DNA from: Octopus sinensis
Taxonomy: Eukaryota
DNA: 64,000 bases
Assembly: GCF_006345805.1 (NCBI RefSeq)
Contig: NC_043001.1
Span: forward strand, 122,016,001-122,080,000
Reading direction: 5' to 3'
Shown: positions 53,411 through 64,000 of the stretch, in pieces
Layout: every line of letters starts with the position of its first letter
Numbering within the stretch: position 1 is the first letter of the stretch
Translations under genes and position numbers: made by a program
The notes under the pieces: model-generated
What the model saw: only the letters and a program-made list of their open reading frames with translations
What the model was told of the DNA's origin: nothing
Databases searched by the model: none

Positions 53411-54249
53411 TTATCATTAAAATCTTTTTGCCAATGATCAATCTTAACTAGCTGACAACCACTTTTCTGCATAACTCTCTAAAGCCAAAACAGGAGTTTG
53501 AAATTGGCTGTCTTTAGTAACTCACGTATGCTGCTGGCCAGATTCTTTTAGCTGCATCATGTAGAAGACATTCTTGACATGAAAATAAAGCCTAGAATCA
53601 AGAGATCTCAAAATAAAATTGGCAGAGGCTAAAGTTCTAGTGAGTATGATATGACACAACTGCTATCAGCAAAATGTCTCAGTTTAATTTTCAGAAAAGA
53701 GATGAGGTGGAAAATATTGTTCACTTTCCAGACATTTGTACATTACTGCATTTGCTTTATACGCACTTTTGGCAAGTTGTGGTGCACCTGAGCACTGTAT
53801 ACAATAATTTCATTATATTATATTAATCTGACATCTGAGCTTGACACATCCCTGTGGCCCACTAGGTTCTGTCAAACCATCCAACCCATGCCAGCTTGGA
53901 AAACAGACACTAAAATGATGGTGATTTTTAATGTGAAGGACATCGACTAACATAAGTACTAATATGTGACAGAAAAGGTCAACAGACCTACTGACAGGAT
54001 ACAAATCACAATTACAATGGCAGGAAAAATGCTTTATAATATTTAATTTGATAAGAGAGACTAGAAGGCACTCTATAGAGTAGTCAGAAACATAGTTGTT
54101 TGGCAAGCAATATGTATATACTGTTTGTATCTGTCAGTGGGCTTGTTGCTCTTTTATGTCTCAAATTCATGTTTAGAGGGTTTGTCCTTTATTTTATTTC
54201 TTGTTGAACCGTAAAAATTAATACAGAGAGTTGCTGATTTGTAAAAAAA

Positions 54250-54550
54250 TATAACATGTGACTTCATTGACCGAGGTTACCGTGGTCTTTTTCGTAGGCT
54301 TTTCTTTCCACGGGTAAACCTCACCTGTCCTCCCCATTACACTTTATATTGACATTTCTGTGATAACGATCCTTATTGATCAATTTCCCCCCCCTTTAAA
54401 AAAATGTCCCCCCCCCCTTTTTGTCCTCTTTCTTTCCTTTTACGATCCCTTTTGATCGAAAACCAAACCCCCTTTTTTACTCCCAAAAGAAAAACTCTAC
54501 CTTGTAATTTGTCCTGTCTGTGTGCAGCCCTATGTGGCTAATAAAGAAAC
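54250..54550 (+). mobile_element. Probable LINE 3'UTR fragment sharing its terminus with SINE family A
   Basis: 54500-54550 aligns with the long tail of family A. Confidence 0.55.
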
Positions 54551-55375
54551 ATTTTATTTCTTGTTTTTAAATACACATATGCACAAGTAAATGGACAATG
54601 TTAATTCTATGAACATCATCCTTCCCTTTTAAAATTTTACTCATGTAACTTACAGAAAAGAAAATAAAGAATTACGTTCAGTTATTTCATGGCGTCTGCT
54701 GTAATATGATAGTTGTTTCTCTGTGAAGTGCTTTTGTAAAATATTTTCATTCCTGCACAGAGCCATTTCCTTTCATTCATATCAATAATGTATTTGATAA
54801 TGGCACGAATATTAAAAGAAGATGACACCCCTGCCCTGTTCTCCTCTCAAAAATTTAAAACGTTACATCTTAGTGACAACTAACTTGTTTGTGCTTGCAT
54901 GAAACGATCTTTATTTACTGAATTGCTTAAAATAAATTTGCTTAAGATAAATTTTACTTAAAATAGATTTCCTTAAATACAAATGTACTATGAATTAATT
55001 TATAAGATAAAACAAAACAAACTGATCAATGAAAAACTTTCATATTCATGTAGTGAAATGTAGAGAGTTTTTAATTGAAAATTATATAAGCAAAAACAAG
55101 AACATATATGAATGTAGAATTTGAATAAAACAGATTTAGCTTGGTATATTTATATACTTAGGTTTGATAAATTATTTATCTATGTATTCATATGTTTTAA
55201 GAACAAGTTACTATATTTTAATTTTTATTTTTGGCTCTAAATTCAAATCCTATCATGTTTAATATCTCTTTCTATCCTTTTGAAGTTGATAAAATATAGC
55301 ATAAGTTAAATATTAGAGTTACTTTCAACTAATTATTTCTGTGAAGGAATGTGGCCTAGTGATTAAGATGTTGCA

Positions 55376-55595
55376 AAGGCAGCAAACTAGCACAGAAACA
55401 TTAGCACGCCGGGCGAAATGCTCAGCAGTATTTCGTCTGCCACTACGTTCTGAGTTCAAATTCCGCCAAGGTCGACTTTGCTTTTCATCCTTTCAGGGTC
55501 GATAAATTAAGTACCAGTTGCGTACTGGGGTTGATCTCATTGACTGGCCCTCTCTCCCCCCAAATTTCTGGTCTTGTGCCTAGGATAGAAAAGAT
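55376..55595 (+). mobile_element. SINE family A, short-tail copy ending ~55 bp before a TTYH acceptor
   Basis: Same head and core as other family A copies. Confidence 0.88.
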
Positions 55596-55650
55596 ATAAT
55601 TTTCTGAATCATGTTATTTATGTATATTTCTTGTCTTTGTTTTCTTCTAG

Positions 55651-55743
55651 AAATACAATGCTGCTCTCTCTGCTATTGTCCGTGCCAACAGTACTTTAAG
55701 TGAGGCACTATACATGGCTTCACCCTACAACATGGGTATTAAG
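55651..55743 (+). CDS. TTYH: Tweety homolog exon; phase 0 to 0
   Basis: tttcttctAG acceptor, GTTAGT donor. KYNAALSAIVRANSTLSEALYMASPYNMGIK, containing an N-S-T sequon. Confidence 0.88.
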
Positions 55744-55777
55744 GTTAGTCTTTATTTTCTTACGTCTTGTACTTTGT

Positions 55778-55808
<31 letters not shown>

Positions 55809-56249
55809 TGCTGATGCACACCCTGATATAGTTAACATATATGGGTTACCAGCATCACCTTACTGGTACCTGTGCCGGTGGCATGTGTAAAAGATTCGAG
55901 CAAGGTCATTGCCAGTACTGCCTGACTGGCCCCGTGCTGGTAGCACATAAAATCACCCACTATACTCTGAGTGGTTGGCGTTAGGAAGGGCATCCAGCTG
56001 TAGAAACTCTGCCAGATCAAGATTGAAGCCTGGTTCAGCCATGTGGTTCGCCAACCCTCAGTCATTTGTCCAATCCATGCTAGCATGGAAAGCGGATGTT
56101 AAATGATAATGATGATGATTACTGTGTATAATCTCAGTTTGAATGTCACATCTCCATCAGTGTGAGTGTGTGTATATATCACATCATGTCTGTGTGAACT
56201 GTATATCTATACCTAATGCAGGCTTCTGTGCATCTTTGTACACACATTT

Positions 56250-56290
<41 letters not shown>

Positions 56291-56972
56291 AGCCTCGCCT
56301 GGCCCCCGTGCCAGTGGCACGTAAAAAGCACCATCCGATTGTGGCTGTTTGCCAGCCTCGTCTGGCACGTAAAAAGCACCCACTACACTCACGGAGTGGT
56401 TGGCGTTAGGAAGAACATCCAGCCGTAGAAATATTGCCAGATCAGACTGGGCCTGGTGCAGCCTTCTGGCTTCCCAGACCCCAGTTGAACTGTCCAACCC
56501 ATGCTAGCATGGAAAGTGGACGCTAAACGATGATGATGATGATGATGTCTATGTTAAATATCCACTTTTCCATGCTTGCATGGTTCAGATAAAATTTATT
56601 GAAGCATATCTGTTATGACCTGATGCCGTTCCTGTCATCAGTCCTCACTTCTTTCCAAGTAAGATGATATTTCCCCAAAGCCAGACATGTTTATCATGGA
56701 AGATTGGAAATAAATAACATTGCATGTATAGTGAAGACTCTCATTTACAGCTATCACACAATGTCATGCACACACACACACACACACAACTTACTTCTTC
56801 CAGTTTCCATTTACCAAATCTACCCACAAGACTTTGGGGAAGTGTCATCTACTATAGCCCTAGGCTGACCAAGGTGTAATGCAAGTGAGACTGCACCCCA
56901 AAACCACATGGTCAAGAAGTGAACTTCTTAACCACACAGCCATACCTATAACACATTTTAAATTTATCGTTT

Positions 56973-57688
56973 GTTAAACCTTTTTGTTACCATATTTCTG
57001 TTCAGATGCTCTGTGTTTCTTTCAACAAATTTTAAATAAAACAAAGAATTTAGTAAAATAACTTACTTATCACTAAGCTGGTGTTAGGAACATAAATTGT
57101 GACAAAGGTTTGGTGGAAGATTTTCATTCAGAACTTATGAGAACAAGACATTTGTACTACAGAGCCAGAGGCGGTTTCAGTGAGTTTGGTATCAAAAGGG
57201 TTAAATTAATCATTTGTTAACCCTTTTGTTATCATATTTCTGTTGAGATGCTCTGTGTTTCTTTCATTTAATTTAAATATAACAAAGAATTTAGTAAAAT
57301 AACTTAGTTATCATTAAACTAGTGTTAGGAACATAAATTGTGACTAAGGTTTGGTGGAAGATTTTCATTCAGAACTTTTGGACTTTAGACATTTGTACTA
57401 CAGAGCCCGAGGCAGTTTCCTGGCAGGTTGGTATCAAAAGGGTTAAATTAATCATTTGTTAACCCTTTTGTTATCATATTTCTGTTGAGATGCTCTGTGT
57501 TTCTTTCATTTAATTTAAATATAACAAAGAATTTAGTAAAATAACTTAGTTATCATTAAACTAGTGTTAGGAACATAAATTGTGACTAAGGTTTGGTGGA
57601 AGATTTTCATTCAGAACTTTTGGACGTTAGACATTTGTACTACAGAGCCCGAGGCAGTTTCCTGGCAGGTTGGTATCAAAAGGGTTAA
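56973..57688. mobile_element. Three tandem copies (period 242-243 bp) of a piggyBac-like TTAA MITE
   Basis: Each unit reads TTAACCCTTTTGTTA(C/T)CA...TGGTATCAAAAGGGTTAA (18-bp TIR including TTAA); units start at 56973, 57216, 57458. Confidence 0.92.
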
Positions 57689-57830
57689 AGAAAGTATCCT
57701 AATCTTCAGTTTTCAGTTTTGAGATATCGTATTTACTGGGATAATCATGTTTCAGTATGATGTAAGCAGTAACCTGACACTCCCATTTCTATGTCTGTTC
57801 TAATCCCTATATTACTGATTATTTTTGCAG

Positions 57831-57970
57831 TTACGCAGCCTTGTTCGAAAGATCCGCTTAGAAGTGACCGCAGCAGTTTCCAACGTTTCCCTCCTCAATC
57901 AAATTTCCGGCTGTTCTTTTATCCACAACAATTACATCAATGCACTTAATGGAATTTGTCATCAAAGCCT
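57831..57970 (+). CDS. TTYH: Tweety homolog exon (C-x-x-x-H-x-x-Y...G-x-C); phase 0 to 2
   Basis: atttttgcAG acceptor, GTGAGT donor. LRSLVRKIRLEVTAAVSNVSLLNQISGCSFIHNNYINALNGICHQS matches TTYH CRSLHKDY..AL.GLC. Confidence 0.95.
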
Positions 57971-58655
57971 GTGAGTAACTTTTTCTATTTCTTCTACCAA
58001 TATATTTTTTTTCTACTTTTTATATATGGCTTAATCATAAGACAAGGGGTAGTGCTGATGAATTTATGATTTTAGTTGGGTCTTCATGACAAGTGTGTTT
58101 GTGGGAGTTGAGCCTTGACTTATTGATCATTGCAGTCTGTAACAGCTCATTAAGTTATTCTCAGATTTAAGAGCTGATTTGAATGCTTGCAACAAAGGTA
58201 TCTCTGCTAAAGGCAACCAATAGCCAGGTGGTGCTGACCAAACAAGTGATGTATTTGAATATATAGGTGCAGGAGTGGCTGTCTGGTAGGTAGCTTGCTT
58301 ATCAACCACATGGTTCCGGGTTCAGTCCCACTGTGTGGCACTTTGGGCAAGTATCTTCTACTATAGCCTCAGGCCGACCAAAGCCTTGTGAGTATATTTG
58401 GTAGACAAAAACGCAAAGAAGCCCATCATATATATTTATGTGTGTGCGTGTGTGTGTGTGTAAACGTTTGTGTGTCAGTGCTTGACAACTGATGTTGGTA
58501 TGTTTATGTGCCTGTAACTTAGCAGTTCAGCAAAAGAGGCCAATAGAATAAGTGGTAGGCTTACAAAGAATAAGTCCTGGGGTCGATTTGTTTGACTAAA
58601 GGCAGTGCTCCAGCTTGGCCACAGTCAAATGACTGAAACAAATAAAAGAATCTAA

Positions 58656-58705
<50 letters not shown>

Positions 58706-59407
58706 CATATATAGAATATGTTTAGGCTGCATAAAAACTAATTAACTCAGAATTAACAAAGGACAAAGATGTATGGTTGTGTATATTGGTGCCAGTGTAG
58801 CTGTGTGTATTTAAGTCTAGATATGACTGAGGTGAAGAAGTTTGCTTTGCTTCACAACAATATACTTTTGGGTTCAATCTCATATGACAAGTGCTTTCTA
58901 CAACCATCCTGGACTGATCAATGCTTTTTGAGTTAATTTGACCTCTTCATTGATTTGTCAAATAATTGCTATTTAATAATTGTTTACTTCTTGTAGAGAT
59001 TTCTAATGGAAGTAACTCAGTGGCTTCATCCAGTTATTCTTTATTATTGCTTAGCTTCATTGACTAAAATTTTCTTCATTTAGCATTTGAACTCAAAATG
59101 CTGTCCCCTAGTTTACCACCTTGTTGAGGTAAAAAGTGATATTAAGTGTTTGTGTATTCAGCTTCTAAAATTTGGTATTCTATCATAGTTTTATTAGAAA
59201 TAAAATGATCATACATCCTCATCATCGTTTAACGTCCGCTTTCCATGCTAGCATGGGTTGGACGGTTCGACTGGGGTCTGGGAAGCCAGGAGGCTGCACC
59301 AGGCCCAGTCTGATCTGGCAGTGTTTCTACAGCTGGATGCCCTTCCTAATGCCAACCACTCCGTGAGTGTAGTGGGTGCTTTTTACGTGCCACTGGCACG
59401 GAGGCCA

Positions 59408-59439
<32 letters not shown>

Positions 59440-59572
59440 CATGCATCATGCATGCATAATGAATGTATATGCATGATGCATGGTCATTTTACTTCTAATA
59501 AAACTCCAATAGAATACCAAATTTTAAACGACTATTATCACTTATGTATGCATGCATGTATGCATGCATGCA

Positions 59573-59606
<34 letters not shown>

Positions 59607-60203
59607 CATACATACATACATACATTCATGAGAGTTAGTTGAAGGAGGAAAGGCTGCACCCAGGACCTTTTTAAAAGTCATCTGTGATTGAGAGTTGGTG
59701 CAGTGGGTAGTGAATTATGTTTAATTCTTTTGCATTTACTTTGGCCACATACAACCAAAATATTTAATCTGTTTTAAGGTTTAAACTGGCCAAATCCGGT
59801 CTTTTGCACCTCCCATGCAATATTATTTAAAGATGGACAATCACATCATTGAAATCTTGAAGCTAAGATAATATATGATTAATTCTAAACCAATTCTAAG
59901 CATTACATTTGACAGTAATCTGAAAGGTATTAAGAGTTAAACCAGAACCTGGTTCAAAAGCTTGCAGCAATGAACTTCAATAGAGGCACATAAGTGCCTA
60001 GTGGAGGTGTTAAACTGAGTGAGGATTTAGGGTTACCACCCTTTATCATGATTGCTAATCATTGTATCAAAATATTGTAATAAAGGCTTAATACCTGATT
60101 TAATTGGTCTCTGGTTGTTATATCATTATTTCAGTTAGTTTTGTGAGTTTTATTCTTGTTTTAATAAAAGACTTTACTTTTATTCCTCTTTTTTTTTTGC
60201 CAG

Positions 60204-60305
60204 GATTGGTGTGGCTTTCATGAGTCTTGTCTGTGGTATTGTAGGAGTTGCACTGACCATTAACATCTGTTTGGCCACAAGGGCTTCAATCTTATTTGCA
60301 AAGAG
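60204..60305 (+). CDS. TTYH: Tweety homolog exon (TM5); phase 2 to 2 if the GTCTGT donor is used, otherwise reads on to TAA at 60313-60315
   Basis: ttttttttgccAG acceptor. (L)IGVAFMSLVCGIVGVALTINICLATRASILFAK matches TTYH TM5/R-A-W-x-L-F. The 3' boundary is less certain. Confidence 0.88.
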
Positions 60306-60395
60306 GTCTGTATAATACATAATTTAATTAACGTAATTAAATAAATTTTACCTGAAACTGTCTGGCTTGTGTTTATGCTTCAGTGAATGGATGAT

Positions 60396-60429
<34 letters not shown>

Positions 60430-60502
60430 TTTATTATATAGAAGGAGCTTCTACTTATTTACTGTGGTTAACCCCGAATCAACCCGGGACCTACATATAT
60501 AT

Positions 60503-60535
<33 letters not shown>

Positions 60536-60614
60536 GATATATACGAGTCGTCATGATAGATCGTTAGCCACTACACACATTTTTTACTCTCCTTGTTTTT
60601 TTCGTAAACTCTCC

Positions 60615-60646
<32 letters not shown>

Positions 60647-60876
60647 ATATATTTATGTATATTCTATGTGAATGGATCCCATGTGCATCTTTTTTCCTGA
60701 CACTTTTCTTTTTTTCATCATCTCTCTTCTTCTCTTCCCAGTTTCTCTTGGACATTTCTCTACTATCTGAAGAAGGACAGTGTCTGAAATGCAATACACC
60801 CTCTGTTCTTTCCATTTTCCCTTCAATGTCAAAACTAATAACACTGACTGAGAATGCCTCTTGTACTTTTTTCTTA

Positions 60877-60911
<35 letters not shown>

Positions 60912-61572
60912 ATATATATATATAAACACACACTCACATATATATATATTATGGTTGTGAAATTATATAATTGTCTAGAGGTGAAAGTTGTTACTGAAAC
61001 CTTGTGTAACTTATGTAAAAGATATTTGCTCATATGTATTGAGTGCTAATTTTTCTTGTTTTTTTTCTATCAAATATCATTTAGCACCTATTTTTTTCAT
61101 GTTGGCATGGGTTGAGAAGTTAGCATGGATCCAGTGAGCCATAAAGCTGCATTGTGCTCCATGCCACTTTTGGTGTGGTTTCCACACTTGGATGCCCTTC
61201 TTAGCACCGACTAGAGACTTTTATTGTGCCACAAATAGAGTGGTTGCCAAATAACTTGTAAGACAAGAAAGGACAAGAAAAGAGGGGAAAACTAGGGAAA
61301 AGAGAAGAAAAGGCCCTCTCAACTATGTGATTCTGGTGGGAGTATTTGAATGGAAGGAATGGTAATTTTTATGTGTGGGACAAGCAGGTGTCTTACTATA
61401 GAAAACATACATGGGCATACTGCATTTATATAAAGGTGGGTGGGGAGTATCTGGGAAAAAGGTAAGGTAAACTGGAAGTGCTAGGGTGCCAGACACATGT
61501 GGAAAAAGTTCAAGATACAATTACCTCAGACAGTAATAGAGATCTTTTTATAAATGAGGGCTTGTTAAATGT

Positions 61573-61985
61573 TTATTTCTTTATTGCCCACAGGGGGCTA
61601 AACATAGAGGGGACAAACAAGGACAGACAAGGGGATTAATTCGATTATATCGACCCCAGTGATTTACTGGTACTTATTTAATTGACCCCGAAAGGATGAA
61701 AGACAAAGTCGACCTCGGCGGAATTTGAACTCAGAATGTAGCGGTAGAGGAAATACCTGTTTCTTTATTACCCACAAGGGGCTAAACATAGAGGGGACAA
61801 ACAATGACAGACAAACGGATTAAGTCGATTACATCGACCCCAGTGCGTAACTGGTACTTATTTAATTGACCCCGAAAGGATGAAAGGCAAAGTCGACCTC
61901 GGCGGAATTTGAACTCAGAATGTAGCGGCAGACGAAATACGGCTACGCATTTCGCCCGGTGTGCTAATGTTTCTGCCAGCTCACC
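61573..61985 (-). mobile_element. SINE family A, dimeric copy
   Basis: Two long-tail units joined at AAAGAAACA|GGTATTTC (read on the minus strand), the same internal position as in the 801-1202 dimer. Confidence 0.88.
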
Positions 61986-62009
61986 TATAATGTTAGTGGA
62001 TGGAGTCTA

Positions 62010-62400
62010 GCATTGCCTGGTTGTGAAACATGTGTAGTAAATATGGTAGGAACGCTGCAACAAAGTAAATTGTACATGCTTTACTGGATGTGTACTGTCG
62101 GCATGCATGAACGATGGAGCACAGATGAGCTGGGAGGTAAAATGACCATCAGAGGAATTAGCTGTGTTTAAGAGAGAAGATTGCATTGGTGGGAATGTAA
62201 TGCTTATGAAGGATGACAGTCAGGTGGTAAAATTTCAAATTTATGGGGGAGGAATTTGCATAATGGACAGGTATTGGAAGGAATGAAGGTGGTAACTGAT
62301 GTCTGGATGTTGGGTTTCAGTCGTGAAAGGGTTAACAAGGAAGTGAGACATTGTGATGGTAAGAAACCTGCTGAGTCTACACCAGCTTGGGAAAGTGGAT
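62010..62400 (+). mobile_element. Degenerate RTE-clade LINE 3' fragment
   Basis: LPGCETC...MLYWMCTV..HER.S..EL..K..IRGISCV*ERRLHW resembles RTE LHGSETW...MLRWMC.V...IRC..QERRLRW. A similar, more decayed fragment lies on the minus strand at ~1-330. Confidence 0.75.
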
Positions 62401-62426
62401 GTGAATAGATAGTGTGTGTGTATGCA

Positions 62427-62460
<34 letters not shown>

Positions 62461-62898
62461 CTCACTCTCACTCTCTCTCTCTCTCTCTTTGTATGTCTTT
62501 ATTCAAGGTACATAACTCTGCTTGTTCTAGTTTGCTTGACCATAAAACAATTGGTGTATCTTTTTTTGTATCATAAAACAATTGTATTTAAAAAAAAATC
62601 CAGCTCATGCTTTGTAAGATGGAAATAAAACATATACTACTAGAATGTGTATAGATTTTTGGATGTATGTGTATGAATTTTTCTATGTGCGCGTGTGTGT
62701 GTGTGTATGGATACACACATAGTAAAGTAGTTAGTTTATTTCATAAAAATTTGCCATAAAGGCATTACAAAGAGTAGCTGCGAGCTGGACATATACATTG
62801 ATGAGGTGAATGATGAAATAAGGATGATATTGATGAGAGAAGGCAAAAACGCCTGACAATTTTCTTCTTCTCTAAAATATTGTTCTTTTTTTAAACAG

Positions 62899-62911
62899 AA
62901 AAGCAAAGTAG
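62899..62911 (+). CDS. TTYH: Candidate terminal coding exon of the tweety homolog, (R)KAK*
   Basis: Strong acceptor tgttctttttttaaacAG at 62897-98. Phase 2 continuation gives AGA AAA GCA AAG TAG. No homology support is possible for 4 codons. Confidence 0.45.
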
Positions 62912-63009
62912 CTAGTTGTAAAATCTCAATAAGAGATGAAAGTATGATATTAATAATGAAATTATTGTATACAGTGCTCAGGTGCACCACAAGTAGTAAC
63001 TATACAAAC

Positions 63010-63868
63010 AAGTAAAGTTAATTATCACATCAATATGGCTGTTTAATGTTACTACTGTTTTAACCCAAGGCAGATCTTCTGCCAGCTGGTTATAAGTGCA
63101 GCCTGCACCCGTTATATATTATAAGCAGGGGAGCAAACTCCTACCACTCTCCAGCAGATGGTGGGATTGCAAGACCAACTTGGTTTTGAGCTAGTTTTGC
63201 TCATACTCAGTTGTGAACACCCGATCGCTAGAGAAATGGCCAGAGTCTGCTCCAGCAAGCGGTATATAGAAAGCAAAAGCGGCGAGCTGGCAGAAACGTT
63301 AGCACGCCGGGCGAAATGCGTAGCCGTATTTCGTCTGCCGTTACGTTCTGGGTTCAAATTCCGCCGTAGTCGACTTTACCTTTCATCCCTTCGGGGTCGA
63401 TAAATTAAGTACCATGTAATCGACTTAATACCTATGTCTGTCCTTGTCTGTTCCCTCTATGTTTAGCCCCTTGTGGGTAATAAAGAAATAGGTATATAGA
63501 AAGCAAAGCAACCATCGGTCACTGATTTGCACTCTTGTTGAGATTTTACAAGTAGCTACTTTGCCTGTTGCAAATCAGTGACCGATGGCCACTCAGTTTT
63601 CTATTTATTGCTTGCTGGGGCCGACTCTGGCTATCTCTCTGCCAACAGGTGTTCATGATGGAAGATGCAGGTCTGTACCATCATAGCTTGAAACAGAGTT
63701 GGTCTCGTGATTTCATTATCTGCTGGAGGGTGGTATGTGTTTGCTCCCCTGCTTGCAATATATTCGGGGTGCAGGCTGCACTTATAACCAGCTGGCAGAA
63801 GATCTGCCTAGGGCTAAAACAATAGTGACATTGAACAGCCAATATTAATGTGGCAATTAACTTTACTT
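63010..63868. repeat. Long foldback palindrome (~295-bp arms, 37-nt loop) interrupted by a SINE
   Basis: 63010-63277 plus 63508-63531 is the reverse complement of 63569-63868. Perfect blocks: 63068-63110/63767-63809 (43 bp) and 63512-63531/63569-63588 (20 bp). Confidence 0.9.
63278..63490 (+). mobile_element. SINE family A inserted into the left arm of the foldback
   Basis: 17-bp TSD GGTATATAGAAAGCAAA at 63261-63277 and 63491-63507. Confidence 0.93.
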
Positions 63869-63940
63869 CCTTCCATCTGTCCATGTTTGTAGATTTGTCT
63901 ACGTATTGTGTGTTTGTAGTTACCATTTATTTTGGAATTG

Positions 63941-63946
63941 AATAAA
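63941..63946 (+). promoter_or_regulatory. Candidate polyadenylation signal AATAAA (ATTAAA follows at 63951)
   Basis: Hexamer ~1 kb downstream of the candidate stop. Such hexamers are common in AT-rich DNA. Confidence 0.3.
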
Positions 63947-64000
63947 ACTTATTAAAAACCTGAAACCAATTATGTAATTTCTAACTATTTGTTCATTTAT

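Noticed and set aside
62416-62990. Alternative long C-terminal exon for TTYH (ORFs near 62500-62860)
   Set aside because: The acceptors are weak, the phase-2 readings stop quickly or are unremarkable, and nothing resembles tweety tails.

Overview
AT-rich (metazoan) genomic DNA, densely filled with tRNA-derived SINEs, MITEs, Helitron-like elements, LINE fragments and microsatellites. The repeat families look like those of octopus/coleoid cephalopods (inference from recognition, not a search). The only protein-coding gene I can support is a + strand tweety homolog (TTYH). Ten phase-consistent GT-AG exons lie between 34643 and 60305, and a probable 13-nt terminal coding exon at 62899-62911 gives about 382 aa from TM1 to the stop. 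The N-terminal exon was not found. Almost all entries in the ORF track are artefacts of repeats. The most notable unexplained structures are four. (1) A ~600-bp foldback palindrome, interrupted by a SINE, in the probable TTYH 3'UTR just before AATAAA. (2) A very short predicted TTYH C-terminus ending in a KxKxx-type motif. (3) Evidence that one SINE subfamily spreads from a dimeric master. (4) A 29-bp minisatellite with a polar decay gradient. No CRISPR array, rRNA or bona fide tRNA gene is supported.
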